Notes: generated from the sequence alone by a model not told the origin. Numbered from the whole stretch's first letter, positions 24,511-35,479 are shown. The stretch: DNA of 62,658 nt, filler included, from 7 parts of 7 records of this genome joined end to end with filler, not necessarily neighbours in it, one strand, 5' to 3'. Made by a program: numbers and translations.

Positions 24511-27103
24511 TTAGAGCAAGTCAGCGACTGCACCAAAGCAACGCCAGTAGAGCACAAGCACACATACAGAGGACGTGAAATCAGTTTGCATAGGCGCGCA
24601 CAGTGCGAAGAAACAGGGAATACAACGCACATGCACTTAGCAGCCGCCCCCCGCCCCAAGGTTGGAGACTTGAGAACTCGATGACGTGGTGAGCTACACG
24701 TGTACCTTCGTCCACGCGAAGCGCATCGAGCAGCGCTGATCATAAAGGCAGAGGAATACTCGACATCACCAGAGGAGCATATAGTATCCCACGAGCAGAT
24801 ACACACAATGCTGTAAATTACACGGGTACGCTCCATACGTACCGTTCATTGGCATTTCATCGATTTGGGTGGAATAGTACTGTGAACGAGAGAGTGCAAG
24901 AAACGAGCGCAAAGAGTATCCATGTCATTACTGCGGATAAGGAGCGAGGGCGCGCGCATAGTTCGTCCGCGCCACATGTTGCAGCCGCTGTGTCCTCTCA
25001 TGTGTTCAACGTGTACTGAGTCGGCATTATCTCCTATCTCCTTCTTCAAATCCGGATTGCTGATACACAGTACCCGCAACCATACACAACACAACGTAGC
25101 CTTCGCATACGAAGGCCTCTCTTTGTCGTACACGCGGCCATTTTCTCACGTTGCATACAGCGGGGGAGCACATACTCGCACGTAGTACCCATGCAGCCTA
25201 CCTGCTCGATATCCCTCAGAATGCGGATATCGTCGTCCTTTACGAAATTGATCGCGACACCTTTCCGGCCGAAGCGTCCCGAGCGACCAATGCGGTGGAT
25301 GTAGAGCTCACGACTGTTCGGGAGGTCGTAGTTGATCACGAGCGATACTTGCTGCACGTCCAGGCCACGCGCCCAAACGTCTGCGGAAACCGACCACACA
25401 GCGCATAGCCTCAAGCACATAAGCAAGCATGCACACACTTTCGACTGTCGCACCCGTTGGCGGGTCTCCCCCACACTGGAGGAACGCCGTGCGGATAGCT
25501 TTCCAGATGCGTATGCGACGGTCACCGGCACGCAACGGAGAATCCAGCGACCGGCCCACTGAATCGCAACGGAACCACTTTCGACCGCGGCGGTACTTGC
25601 GCGGGCGCGTTTGCTTACGCAACGCACCTGTGGTGATCAGCACCCGCGACGAACCGGAGCGGAACTCTTGCATGATCTCATCTCGCTCTTTCTGCTCCAT
25701 ATCGCCGTGCATGGACGATACTGTGAAGTTGGCATCGGTCATCTTCTTCGCTAGCCAGTCCACCTGCCAACGCAGTTCCGCCACAATGTTCCGCGCACGC
25801 GCCGACCACATTCATCAGATCCGTCACGCCAATCGCAGCGAGAGCACACAGGGAACAGACAGAGCCTCACTTTCAACACGAACCCTGCTTCCTCGCGTTC
25901 ATAGCGCGCTGGTTGAAGTAGGAAGCGGAAACGTAAATACAATGGGCGAGCACATACAAAAGAGGAGAAAATAAAGGAAGATGGTGAACGGACCTTCCTT
26001 CTCGTGTTGCAGAAGATCACGGCCTGTGTGATAGTCAACGTGTCGTACAAGTCGCAGAGCGTCTCAAACTTCCACTCCTCCTTCTCGACCGCTACGAAGA
26101 ACTGCAGGCACATCGGCATCCGCGAGCACGATGTGTACGTTCGCACCATGTACATATCAGACAGTACCGCCAGCCAAGGTGCGGGAAGCGCGTCAGCACG
26201 TGCCTACGAGCATGCGCAAGCCGCGCTGTTTCCGTGGCCGTTGCGTGAGCAGCGCCGGTCTTCCGCAGGGTCGAGGCAAACAGCGTGTGCAACGACCCCG
26301 CCTCCGTACCTGGCGAATGCCTTCGAGCGTCAACTCATCGCGCTTCACCAGAACGCGAATGGGGGAATTCATAAACTTGGTGGTGAGCTCAAGGACTTCG
26401 TGCGGAAGCGTTGCTGAGACCAGAACAACTTGGCACGCCGGTGGAAGGTATCGGTACACGTCATAAATCTGCTCTTTGAAACCACGACCGAGCATCTCAT
26501 CGGCTTCGTCCAGAACAAGCATCTTGATGTTCCTTGTCCGCAGGCAGCGCCGCTTGATCATGTCTGGACACCCCGTGCGCATGCGCGGACAGAGCCGCGG
26601 AATCAGGTAAGCCACGTACTTTGCCTTTTCTCGTTCTACATGTCTCTCACCGCTCCCCGCCTCGGAAAACAAGCCATACATATATACACCACGCAGCGCG
26701 CCGCACGTAACCACTCGCCACGATTCGCCTTCCCTCCCGTGACCGAAACATCCAAACGAACGCACACAGAGAATCGAAGCAGACGCTGCACCTCACTTAT
26801 TCTCTCTGTTTCTCTTCTGTGCACGATGTCGAGGCGCGCGCAAAGCACCGTCGCTTTCCTCTGCAACAGCGGTACGCATCTGCCTTGTGCTGCGCATCAC
26901 GATACACACACTCGGGACTCGCTCAGCGCTAAGTGCAGAGGACGTGTGTACCATGCTCGCATAAACACACCAAAGACACGACCGGGCGTTCCCGACACGG
27001 CGTGCACTCCGTTCTCCAGCGTGCGCATATCCTCTCCCACGCTCGTTCCGCCAATGCACGCGTGTGCCTGCACATTGAGAAAGTCTCCGATGGCGAGAAT
27101 GTT
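24511..27103 (-). CDS. EIF4A3: DEAD-box RNA helicase eIF4A-III (exon junction complex core), 5' part off contig
   Basis: Exons 27103-26971, 26563-26310, 26101-25994, 25763-25628, 25380-25202, 24879-24843 and 24527-24511, all GT-AG and in phase. Motifs TPGRVFD, LDEADEM, SAT and [13 protein letters not shown]; eIF4A-III-type [20 protein letters not shown] and C-terminus [17 protein letters not shown]. Confidence 0.96.
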
Positions 27104-27539
27104 CTGTCCCATGCGTATACGGAAGCAAAACCGCAGGTACTCGTTAGCAATCCAAGTGGGTGAAGAGGAGGAACGTGTAGCACAATGCCTATCCACTACT
27201 CTTCTACACAAGCTCGCGGCGCACTCCGCGAGAACTCACGAGCGAACCAGCGTGTGCACTAGCTGCGATTCAACGCAACGCCGCAGCTTGATACCGACTG
27301 TTGAACACACGCGCCTGCATTAGTATCTCTGCACGTACACACACCCTACGTTTCTTTCGCTTTCAGCACGGAAATTGACGGGTGCAGCATCGTACGCAGC
27401 GCGGACAGCGCGGCTATACGGCAAACGCAAGCGCAGGACCCGGAAGCGCATCCAACTCCTCCACACCAGAGAGCCGCGCGCACGTTCCACACCATTCGCT
27501 CCCGAAGAGAAACGACTGTGAAGAAACGCGCAATGCGCC

Positions 27540-27639
27540 NNNNNNNNNNNNNNNNNNNNNNNNNNNNNNNNNNNNNNNNNNNNTTAATTAATTAANNNNN
27601 NNNNNNNNNNNNNNNNNNNNNNNNNNNNNNNNNNNNNNN
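27540..27639. other. Artificial contig-joining linker
   Basis: 44 N + TTAATTAATTAA + 44 N. Confidence 0.99.
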
Positions 27640-27778
27640 CGTTGGCAAAATCTACTGCCGCGAACGCCCCGAGCGTATGGTGCGCAACCCTGCGACCGGC
27701 GAGCAGTTCAAGAAAGAAGCCGACAAGGTGGTCAAAATGACTATCGCGAAGGCTCTGAAGGATAGCGTCAACGGCTAA
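27640..27778 (+). CDS. HU-family DNA-binding protein, 3' fragment
   Basis: VGKIYCRERPERMVRNPATGEQFKKEADKVVKMTIAKALKDSVNG*, with the RNPxTG arm motif. Confidence 0.9.
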
Positions 27779-27804
27779 TCCGCCGAAGATTGATCACAAG
27801 ATCG

Positions 27805-27832
27805 AAGGGGTCGCCATCGGGCGGCCCCTTTT
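27805..27832 (+). terminator. Rho-independent terminator after the HU gene
   Basis: aaggggtcgcc-atcg-ggcggcccctt-tt hairpin. Confidence 0.8.
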
Positions 27833-27889
27833 CCTTGCGGTGGTCGCAAAAACCGGTGACAGTCGCCCCGATTTACTAAGGATACCAAT

Positions 27890-28768
27890 ATGGACGTGCG
27901 CGCCATCGCCATGGGGCTTGTCTTTGCCCTGATCTGGTCATCGGCATTTACCTCGGCACGTATCATTGTCGCCGATGCTTCACCCCTGTTCTCGCTGGCG
28001 CTACGCTTTCTGATTTCCGGCCTGCTGGGAGTAGCGATTGCGCGCGCAATGGGGCAAAGCTGGAACCTGACGCGGGCGCAATGGCGTGCGACCATTCTAT
28101 TCGGAATATGCCAAAATGCCCTTTATTTGGGCCTGAATTTCTACGCCATGCAGACGGTCGAGGCATCGATGGCCGCAATTATCGCGTCGACCATGCCGTT
28201 GCTTGTCGCGCTGGCCGGATGGCTATTGCTTGGTGATCGGCTGCGTCCCCTTGGCGTCATGGGGCTGTGTGCTGGTTTTGCGGGCGTCGCCTTGATCATG
28301 GGCAGCCGGATTGGGGCTGGTATCGACCTGTTTGGCATCATGCTCTGCGGGTTCGGGGCGCTGGCACTGACATTCGCCACGTTGGCGGTGCGCGGGGCGA
28401 CATCGGGCGGGAATTTCATGATGGTGGTCGGGCTGCAAATGCTGGTGGGATCAGGGGCGCTGTTTCTCGCCGCGCCAATCTTTGAAACGATCTATATCCA
28501 CCCCACCCTCCCCTTTGTGCTGGCCTTTACTTACACCACACTCTTCCCTGGCCTTTTGGCCACGCTGATTTGGTTTCTGCTGCTGGACCGCATCGGTCCC
28601 ATTCGCGCGGCCACCTTCCACTTTCTCAATCCGGTATTTGGCGTCACCATCGCCGCCATATTACTGGGCGAAAAACTCGGGCCATTGGATGCGGTTGGCG
28701 TTGTGATCACCACGTTGGGTATTCTGGCCGTGCAACTGTCGCGCCAACCCGTCGCCAAACCGGCCTAA
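27890..28768 (+). CDS. DMT/EamA-family transporter
   Basis: 292 aa, about 10 hydrophobic segments, IWSSAF, LALRF and LNPVFG...ILLGEKL motifs. Confidence 0.92.
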   Translation: MDVRAIAMGLVFALIWSSAFTSARIIVADASPLFSLALRFLISGLLGVAIARAMGQSWNLTRAQWRATILFGICQNALYLGLNFYAMQTVEASMAAIIASTMPLLVALAGWLLLGDRLRPLGVMGLCAGFAGVALIMGSRIGAGIDLFGIMLCGFGALALTFATLAVRGATSGGNFMMVVGLQMLVGSGALFLAAPIFETIYIHPTLPFVLAFTYTTLFPGLLATLIWFLLLDRIGPIRAATFHFLNPVFGVTIAAILLGEKLGPLDAVGVVITTLGILAVQLSRQPVAKPA

Positions 28769-28863
28769 AGTCACGCACGTATGCGCGAGCAGATGTTACA
28801 AGGCTTTGCTTTCCCCCACAGAACCCCATCTACTGGATCAAACCCCAAAGAATCGGAGGAGCC

Positions 28864-29310
28864 ATGACCCGCTATTCCAAATCTCCCGAGGCCGTCGCCG
28901 CCCTGTCACCGGAAGAGTTCCACGTCACCCAACGCAGCGGAACCGAACGCCCGGGCACCGGCAAACACCTGAATAACAAGGAGCCGGGCATTTACGTGGA
29001 TATCGTCTCAGGCGAGCCGTTGTTCGCCTCAACGCATAAATACGAATCCGGCTGTGGCTGGCCCAGTTTCACCAAGCCCATCGTGCATGAACATGTGGAA
29101 GAGTTTCGCGACTCCACACTTGGAATGATCCGCACCGAGGTCCGCTCGAAACACGGCGACAGTCATCTGGGCCATGTGTTCCCCGATGGTCCGCGCGAAC
29201 ATGGTGGGCTACGATATTGCATCAACTCTGCCTCGCTGCGGTTCATCCATCGTGATGAGATGGAAGCCGAAGGCTATGGCGAATACCTGATCCATGTGGA
29301 GGATATCTGA
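28864..29310 (+). CDS. msrB: Peptide-methionine (R)-S-oxide reductase
   Basis: [38 protein letters not shown] lies before ATG 28864, so the ORF-track start at 28570 is over-extended. Confidence 0.96.
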   Translation: MTRYSKSPEAVAALSPEEFHVTQRSGTERPGTGKHLNNKEPGIYVDIVSGEPLFASTHKYESGCGWPSFTKPIVHEHVEEFRDSTLGMIRTEVRSKHGDSHLGHVFPDGPREHGGLRYCINSASLRFIHRDEMEAEGYGEYLIHVEDI

Positions 29311-29822
29311 TGACCGATGAACGCGCCGTTCTGGCCGGAGGCTGCTTTTGGGGCATGCAGGACCTGATCCGCAAATTGCCCGGCGTCTTGCGCACCCGCG
29401 TCGGCTATACCGGGGGTGATCTGCCCAATGCCACCTATCGCAACCATGGCACCCATGCCGAGGGGATCGAGATCTGGTTCAACCCAACTCAGATCACGTA
29501 TCGAGAACTGTTGGAGTTCTTCTTCCAGATCCACGACCCTACCACTGTGAACCGTCAGGGCAATGACCGCGGCATGAGCTATCGCTCGGCGATCTACTAT
29601 GTGGACAACGCCCAGAAACAGATGGCCGAAGACACAATTGCCGATGTAAATGCCAGCGGTATCTGGCCCGGCAAAGTGGTGACCGAGGTTGAGCCCGTTG
29701 GCGATTTCTGGGAGGCCGAGCCCGAGCATCAGGATTATCTGGAGCGTATCCCCAACGGTTATACCTGCCACTTTCCGCGCGCGGACTGGGTTCTGCCAAA
29801 GCGATCCAGCACGGCAGAATAA
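29310..29822 (+). CDS. msrA: Peptide-methionine (S)-S-oxide reductase
   Basis: [28 protein letters not shown] overlap with msrB. Confidence 0.96.
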   Translation: MTDERAVLAGGCFWGMQDLIRKLPGVLRTRVGYTGGDLPNATYRNHGTHAEGIEIWFNPTQITYRELLEFFFQIHDPTTVNRQGNDRGMSYRSAIYYVDNAQKQMAEDTIADVNASGIWPGKVVTEVEPVGDFWEAEPEHQDYLERIPNGYTCHFPRADWVLPKRSSTAE

Positions 29823-29829
29823 TAGTTCC

Positions 29830-29849
29830 GGTAGCCCCCCGGGGCTACC
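29830..29849. terminator. GC-rich hairpin between convergent msrA and hydantoinase genes
   Basis: ggtagcccc-cc-ggggctacc, overlapping the hydantoinase stop codon; no U-tract. Confidence 0.4.
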
Positions 29850-31848
29850 CGACCGCTACCCGTGGGCGTCCGCTGGCCTCAACCGTGATCAACGCTTCGA
29901 CGAATACCTCTTGCGCTTCGATTTTTGCGGTCCGGATGTCGCGGTCGACTGTTACACGAATATCCTCGGCACCCGCTTCGCGTACGGCACCTTCGGCTTC
30001 ACCACGCAATACTGTTTCCAGGACCTGCAGTGCAGCGTGCGAATCCGAGAAATCTTGCGGCCCTTCCTCCAGATGCACCCGATAGCGACCCTCTGCCGGA
30101 GACGTAACTGTGCCAGATTTGCGCAAGGTCATCCGCCCCACAATCGCACCGATCGCATTTGCAACGCCAGCGTGTTCTGGCAGGATCATATTGCAGCGCA
30201 GCCGCATACCTACTGCCGGGTAATAGCTCGGCGCTGAGGCTCCCAATCCCACTACATCGACGTTCAACGCTGTATCCAACGCGATCAAGCCTCGATGTTC
30301 GGCAAGGCCACGATGCGTTAGCACGTGCCTGGCCAATTCCTGCGCTGGAAGCCCGAAACTGTCAGATTCCTCGGCAAAAGCAGTCTCTAACAAAGTCAAT
30401 GAGGTCTGTTCGGTCAATTGATCCACGATCATATGCGCCAGAGCCTCAGGCGATTTCGCTAACTGCTCACCAGATCCCACCCGCTTGCGCGCCATCAGCT
30501 GCAACGCCTTTTGCGCCGCCTCACCGTCCCAGTCATCCAGTCGTTCAAGAACATGGCTGGCATCCGATGGCGTAACGCCAGACACCTGCACAACTCCACG
30601 ATCTACCAGGCGGGTCAGCGCGCCGTTTTCCATGCGCGTTTGCAACAGTTTGTTCAGCGCCAAAACCCCATCGCCCAGCCGGGCCAGTAAGGCAGCTTCA
30701 CGAGGGCCCACACCCTCGACAGGGATACCGGGCACCCGTCGTGCGAAACGGGTATCATGCTCGCCAACAGTCGGCGCGCGCAATTGTTCATCCAATCCAG
30801 CGTGAACCACCTCCGGCGCTTCGGACGCGATCAATGAAACCGGAAGTACCCGACGCGGGCCAAGAAAAACACCGCCCCCCAACCCTTCGGTCAAGACATG
30901 CACCTGGCTGTCTCCGCCAAGGCCGTGGGTCCGCATCGCGACGGCCTCGACCATGGTGCGAAAACCGCCAACCCGAGCGCCTACAGGATCGATAGCAGGC
31001 CTACCTTCTCGGATCAAAGCCACATCGGTGGTCGTACCACCAATGTCCGAGACCAAAGCGTTTTCGGCACCAGTCAGCCAACGCGCGCCAACAATCGACG
31101 CAGCCGGTCCGCTGAGAATTGTCTCGATTGGCCGCGCACGCGCTTGTTCGGCACTCATTAACGCCCCGTCCCCGCGCACCACCATCATCGGCGCCGAGAT
31201 ACCCAGCTCTTGCAACTGGTCCTGCGCCCGCCCGATCAACCGATCAATCATGCCAATCAGCCGCGCATTCAACACCGCAGTCACAGCCCGCTTGGGCCCA
31301 TTCAATTTAGCCGACAAATGATGCGAGCATGTCACTGGAATATTGGTTCTTTCAGCAATCACGCGTGCCACTTCCAGTTCATGCGCCGGGTTTCGCGTGG
31401 CGAACTGCGCCGCGACCGCATAACCCGATACCCCTTCATGAGAGCCTAAAAAAGCCTCAAGCGCGGCAATATCCAACGATTCTTTCTCGCCACCCGCATG
31501 ATTGTGCCCCCCTGCCAAAACCAACGCAGGGTCACCTTTCAGCGCATCCCGCAACCCGTGCTTTTCAAGATCACCTTCTCGAAACCCGACATAGATCAGC
31601 GCAATACGCCCGCCCTGCCCCTCGACCAGCGCGTTGGTGGCCAATGTGGTCGATAGCGATGCTAACCCGATCTGATCAGGCGCAATCTGGGCTTCTTCCA
31701 GCACAGCCGAGATCGCCCGACCCACACCAATCGCCAAATCCGCCCGAGTGGTCAGGGACTTGGCCGAGGCAATAACCTCGCGCTCATCCCGGACCAACAC
31801 CGCATCTGTGTAGGTTCCGCCCGTATCTACCCCCAAAGCCAGCGCCAT
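29845..31848 (-). CDS. Hydantoinase/oxoprolinase (HyuA-like) family protein
   Basis: LGVDTGGTYTD, STTLATNALVEG, TILSGPAAS, DIGGTTTD, VANAIGA; GGAGG before ATG 31848. Confidence 0.92.
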   Translation of the reverse strand: MALALGVDTGGTYTDAVLVRDEREVIASAKSLTTRADLAIGVGRAISAVLEEAQIAPDQIGLASLSTTLATNALVEGQGGRIALIYVGFREGDLEKHGLRDALKGDPALVLAGGHNHAGGEKESLDIAALEAFLGSHEGVSGYAVAAQFATRNPAHELEVARVIAERTNIPVTCSHHLSAKLNGPKRAVTAVLNARLIGMIDRLIGRAQDQLQELGISAPMMVVRGDGALMSAEQARARPIETILSGPAASIVGARWLTGAENALVSDIGGTTTDVALIREGRPAIDPVGARVGGFRTMVEAVAMRTHGLGGDSQVHVLTEGLGGGVFLGPRRVLPVSLIASEAPEVVHAGLDEQLRAPTVGEHDTRFARRVPGIPVEGVGPREAALLARLGDGVLALNKLLQTRMENGALTRLVDRGVVQVSGVTPSDASHVLERLDDWDGEAAQKALQLMARKRVGSGEQLAKSPEALAHMIVDQLTEQTSLTLLETAFAEESDSFGLPAQELARHVLTHRGLAEHRGLIALDTALNVDVVGLGASAPSYYPAVGMRLRCNMILPEHAGVANAIGAIVGRMTLRKSGTVTSPAEGRYRVHLEEGPQDFSDSHAALQVLETVLRGEAEGAVREAGAEDIRVTVDRDIRTAKIEAQEVFVEALITVEASGRPRVAVG

Positions 31849-31909
31849 CGGCTCCTCCATCCGTTCGCAGAATCGGGTGTAGCGTTTTCACACGGCGCGT
31901 CCAGCCCGT

Positions 31910-32947
31910 TTACGACAACCTATCGACCGCCCAGCGCGCAGCATCGGCTACAGTCTGATCAGGATCCTCGGTCAAATTCTGCGCGACAGGAAGCAAAGAG
32001 GTTTGCGCGGAATTCCCAATCGCATAAAGCACATTGCGAACAAACCGATCCCGCCCGATCCGCTTGATGGGCGAACCGGAAAACATCGCACGAAACGCCG
32101 TATCATCCAGCACCGCCAAATCTGCAAGTGCAGGCGCTTTCAATTCGTCCCGCGCCGCATAGCGAAGATCGCTGGCCGCAACCGCAAACTTGTTCCACGG
32201 ACACGCGGCAAGACAATCATCGCAGCCATATATCCGGTTGCCCAGCAGAGCCCGCAAATCTTCATCAACCGGGCCCTTATGCTCGATGGTCAAATATGAA
32301 ATGCAGCGCCGCGCATCCAACTGATACGGCGCCGGGAACGCATCCGTCGGACAGGCGGTCAAACAAGCCCTACATGATCCACAATGATCAACCTCAGCGC
32401 CATCTACGGGCAAGTCCAATGTCGTAAAAACAGAGCCTAAGAAGGCCCAGTTTCCCCAATCCTGGCTGACCAGATTGGTATGCTTGCCCTGCCAGCCCAA
32501 CCCGGCCGCGTGGCCCAGTGCCTTCTCTGGCACAGGCGCAGTGTCTACAAACACCTTCACCTCGCCCCCACCCTTGGCAATGAGCCAGCGCGCCAGTCGT
32601 TTCAGGCGCTTCTTGACCAGATCATGATAATCCTTGTTCTGCGCATAAACCGAAATCGCCCCTAATTCAGGATGCGCCAACACCTCTGTCGGATCATGTT
32701 CGGGCGTGTAGCTCTCGGCCAGCATGATCACGGATCGCGCCTCTGGCCACAGCACTGATGGATCGCCCCGCCAATGGCTCCGCTCGGCCATCCAGGCCAT
32801 TTGTCCATGAAACCCGGCGTTCAGAAACGCCTCCAACCGTTCGGGAACCTGCGGCACATCCCATGGGCGGCATACCCGGCACGCGACGAACCCCTCTGTC
32901 AGGGCCTGCTCCACCAACTGCTCTTTTAGATCCAATCCGCTCTTCAT
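31910..32947 (-). CDS. queG: tRNA epoxyqueuosine reductase
   Basis: [54 protein letters not shown]. Confidence 0.96.
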   Translation of the reverse strand: MKSGLDLKEQLVEQALTEGFVACRVCRPWDVPQVPERLEAFLNAGFHGQMAWMAERSHWRGDPSVLWPEARSVIMLAESYTPEHDPTEVLAHPELGAISVYAQNKDYHDLVKKRLKRLARWLIAKGGGEVKVFVDTAPVPEKALGHAAGLGWQGKHTNLVSQDWGNWAFLGSVFTTLDLPVDGAEVDHCGSCRACLTACPTDAFPAPYQLDARRCISYLTIEHKGPVDEDLRALLGNRIYGCDDCLAACPWNKFAVAASDLRYAARDELKAPALADLAVLDDTAFRAMFSGSPIKRIGRDRFVRNVLYAIGNSAQTSLLPVAQNLTEDPDQTVADAARWAVDRLS

Positions 32948-33011
32948 CTGGCCACAAATACCTTCGGGGGTGAATTGGCCCAAAGGGCCAAGAGGGGGCA
33001 GACAGCCCCCT
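32941..33011. repeat. Probable Rhodobacteraceae palindromic intergenic repeat element
   Basis: Two hairpins, ttggccc-aaa-gggccaa and agggggc-agaca-gccccct, after tcttcatctggccacaaatacc. Only one copy is in the window, so repeat status is inferred from recalled similarity to roseobacter repeats. Confidence 0.55.
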
Positions 33012-33025
33012 TTACGCCCACCTTA

Positions 33026-33691
33026 TCAGAAATCCAGATCAGCGTAGTGCGGCGGCGGTCGAAATCCCGATATCTGATCCGCCAAAATTGACCTGAACGC
33101 CGGACGCGACTTGATCTTGGCATACCAGTCCTTCACCGCCGCGCTGCGATTCCAATCCACGTCCGAGATGTAATCCAACGCCGACAGGTGCGCTGCGGCA
33201 GCAAAATCAGCCAACGTCATCTGATCGCCGGCAAGCCAGCGGCGATGGTCCAGCAACCAGGCCATATAATCCAGATGATACTTGATCGCGCGCGCGCCTT
33301 CTTTGATGTTTTTGCTGTCCGGATAACCCTGCCCGATCACTTTCTTGTTCACCCGCTCATACAGCAGCTTTGAAGTGACCTCATGATGGAACTTATCGTC
33401 GAACCAACCAACAAGGCGCCTGACTTCATAGCGTGCCTCGGGCTTTTTGGGCATCAAAGGTGGCTCTGGACGGGTTTCTTCGATATATTCACAGATCGCG
33501 GCGCTTTCTGCCATGATCTGACCATCCAGTCGCAACACCGGTACCTTGCCAGCGGGGTTTCGTCTCAGAAAATCCGGATCCTGTTCCCAATATCGTTCTT
33601 CAACCAGTTCAACTTCTATCTTCTTTTCGGCCAAAGACAGGCGAACCTTGCGGCAATAGGGTGAGAGGGGAACGTGAAACAGACGCGCCAT
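33026..33691 (-). CDS. fzlA: Glutathione S-transferase-family FtsZ-binding protein FzlA
   Basis: LSPYCRKVRL, NPAGKVPVL, TLADFAAAAHLS, C-terminal YADLDF; mtgA-fzlA-queG synteny typical of alphaproteobacteria. Confidence 0.88.
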   Translation of the reverse strand: MARLFHVPLSPYCRKVRLSLAEKKIEVELVEERYWEQDPDFLRRNPAGKVPVLRLDGQIMAESAAICEYIEETRPEPPLMPKKPEARYEVRRLVGWFDDKFHHEVTSKLLYERVNKKVIGQGYPDSKNIKEGARAIKYHLDYMAWLLDHRRWLAGDQMTLADFAAAAHLSALDYISDVDWNRSAAVKDWYAKIKSRPAFRSILADQISGFRPPPHYADLDF

Positions 33692-33749
33692 GGGCTTCCA
33701 ATCGAACCAGAGAGTACCCTTCAGCTTTAGCCTCTGAGGGGCTTGGGTT

Positions 33750-34490
33750 TCAATCCTCGAAACACGCGGCGCGCCCATCTGCGCGGATGGTGGCCGCCCC
33801 GTCCAGAATCGAGGCTGCACGCCTGCGGGTTCGGACAGAGGGATCTGTAACCGACCTTTTGCGCGGTGACGGGAGAATTGCCGCTATTCTCGCGGCCTGT
33901 ACGGGGGACATCTTCGCCGCACTCACCCCGTAATATTTCTGTGCAGCCGCCTCTACCCCGAACACCCCCTGCCCGGTCTCTGCCACGTTCAGATAGACCT
34001 CAAGGATGCGTTGTTTGCTCCAGACGATTTCGACAATCGGGGTTATCGAAGTTTCAAGCGCCTTGCGTACCCAGCTGCGCCCCTGCCAGAGGAAGACATT
34101 CTTCACCACCTGCTGTGATATGGTCGAAGCCCCACGAGAGCTTCCGTCTTCTAACGCATCCCGGATGGCTTCGACATCGAATCCCCAATGCAGGCAAAAA
34201 TTCGCATCCTCGGCCGCCACTGCGGATCGCGCCATGACCGGAGAGATCTCTTCAATCGAGACCCAGTCGCGCTCGACCTTTCCCAGCCGCCGCCATTCCG
34301 ACCAGATCGTATGTGTAATCGGTGGATTCACGACCGCGTAAATCAGGATCAACGCCAAAAATACAGCGGCAATACCCAAAACAGCACGAAGAACCCATCG
34401 CCGAATCCGCGCGATGAGACCTGTTGATTTTTTTGACCTGGACGCCTTGTTTTTCTTACCGCGTGACTTGCGCGCTGCTTTCTTTGCCAT
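33750..34490 (-). CDS. mtgA: Monofunctional peptidoglycan transglycosylase
   Basis: AEDANFCLHWGFD, RGASTISQQVVKN, RKALE, KQRILEVYLN; N-terminal basic segment plus TM anchor. Confidence 0.96.
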   Translation of the reverse strand: MAKKAARKSRGKKNKASRSKKSTGLIARIRRWVLRAVLGIAAVFLALILIYAVVNPPITHTIWSEWRRLGKVERDWVSIEEISPVMARSAVAAEDANFCLHWGFDVEAIRDALEDGSSRGASTISQQVVKNVFLWQGRSWVRKALETSITPIVEIVWSKQRILEVYLNVAETGQGVFGVEAAAQKYYGVSAAKMSPVQAARIAAILPSPRKRSVTDPSVRTRRRAASILDGAATIRADGRAACFED

Positions 34491-34528
34491 GCCTTGCTAT
34501 ACGCCGCACCGGGCGCCTTTGAAACGGA

Positions 34529-35479
34529 TTATTTTGCCAGCATCCGCCCGTCGCGTGGCCGAATAACCGGACGCACTGTTTTGATGGCTGCGTCGCCACG
34601 CGCCTTCAACTCTGGGAACAACGCGTAAATCTCTGCCTGAGTGCGTCGTTCGGACCGCGTTAATGCATGGCCCGGATAATAGCTTTCGCTTTTGGCACCG
34701 TTGGCAATCACGATCTCATGTCGTCTGAACAGAAGATGGATGTATTCCACCTCTCCGCCTTCGACACGCGTCACTGTTTTTCCGTTCACAAGGCAATGTG
34801 CGGCGATCAAAACCTCGTCATGGCCATAGAGATACGGCGCGCGCCAGTCGTCGATCAACATCCGGTGCTGGGGGGAAACCAGCAGCGGCTGGGTCAGCCC
34901 GAACACTCCAGCATCAAACCTGATCGGGGCAAATTTTCCCGTGGCGGCAACCGACTTGCGCCCGATCCAAAGCAAGGGTTTTGCTCCGCTATCAGCAGTT
35001 GTCACCAGATCCCCGGGCTTGAGGTCCTCGATCAAACGAGGGCCATCAGGTGTCGCGATCAGCGTACCAGGAGTAAAACAGGGTGGCCCAAGATCGCCAT
35101 TGTCGATGTCGACCGAGCCAAAGGACCCTCCGTCATCGCTGAAATCGGTGACAGAGGAAGACACGAACGTGCCTTGCTGCAGAACCGATCCATCGGTGGG
35201 TGTAAATACTTCCCGCCCGTCGGCAAGATAGAACGTGACGCCGGTATAAGTGACCTCGGTGCCGTCCGGCAGTTCGATCGTAACAACATCATCAAAGTAG
35301 GACGCGGTGATATCGGACCCATCGACAGAGTCATCGTTCAACCGGTTGATCAGGTCATCGTCATTCTGATCGACGATGTCAAAAACCTCGACGTTCAGTG
35401 TGGTTCCGACCACTGTACCGTTCGCCCCAGGGTTCGCTGGGTCGAGCACAAAAAACTGGTCCGTATGGGTCGTAGGCAC
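34529..35479 (-). CDS. Hint-domain (Hint_2 / B-type bacterial intein-like) protein with an acidic N-terminal domain of about 133 aa
   Basis: PCFTPGTLIATPDG, VSPQHRML, YIHLLFRRHEIVIANGAKSES; GGAG 7 nt before GTG 35479. Confidence 0.92.
   Translation of the reverse strand: MPTTHTDQFFVLDPANPGANGTVVGTTLNVEVFDIVDQNDDDLINRLNDDSVDGSDITASYFDDVVTIELPDGTEVTYTGVTFYLADGREVFTPTDGSVLQQGTFVSSSVTDFSDDGGSFGSVDIDNGDLGPPCFTPGTLIATPDGPRLIEDLKPGDLVTTADSGAKPLLWIGRKSVAATGKFAPIRFDAGVFGLTQPLLVSPQHRMLIDDWRAPYLYGHDEVLIAAHCLVNGKTVTRVEGGEVEYIHLLFRRHEIVIANGAKSESYYPGHALTRSERRTQAEIYALFPELKARGDAAIKTVRPVIRPRDGRMLAK

Noticed and set aside
2434-25627. Introner-like repeated intron sequences (two introns begin gtgcgttgcgt)
   Set aside because: The similarity stops after 11 nt and is largely explained by the donor consensus. 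An all-versus-all intron alignment would be needed to exclude this fully.
24511-27103. Non-canonical introns, frameshifting or an alternative genetic code in the eukaryote
   Set aside because: All anchored junctions are GT-AG and in phase, and genes end in standard TAA or TGA with no in-frame stops.
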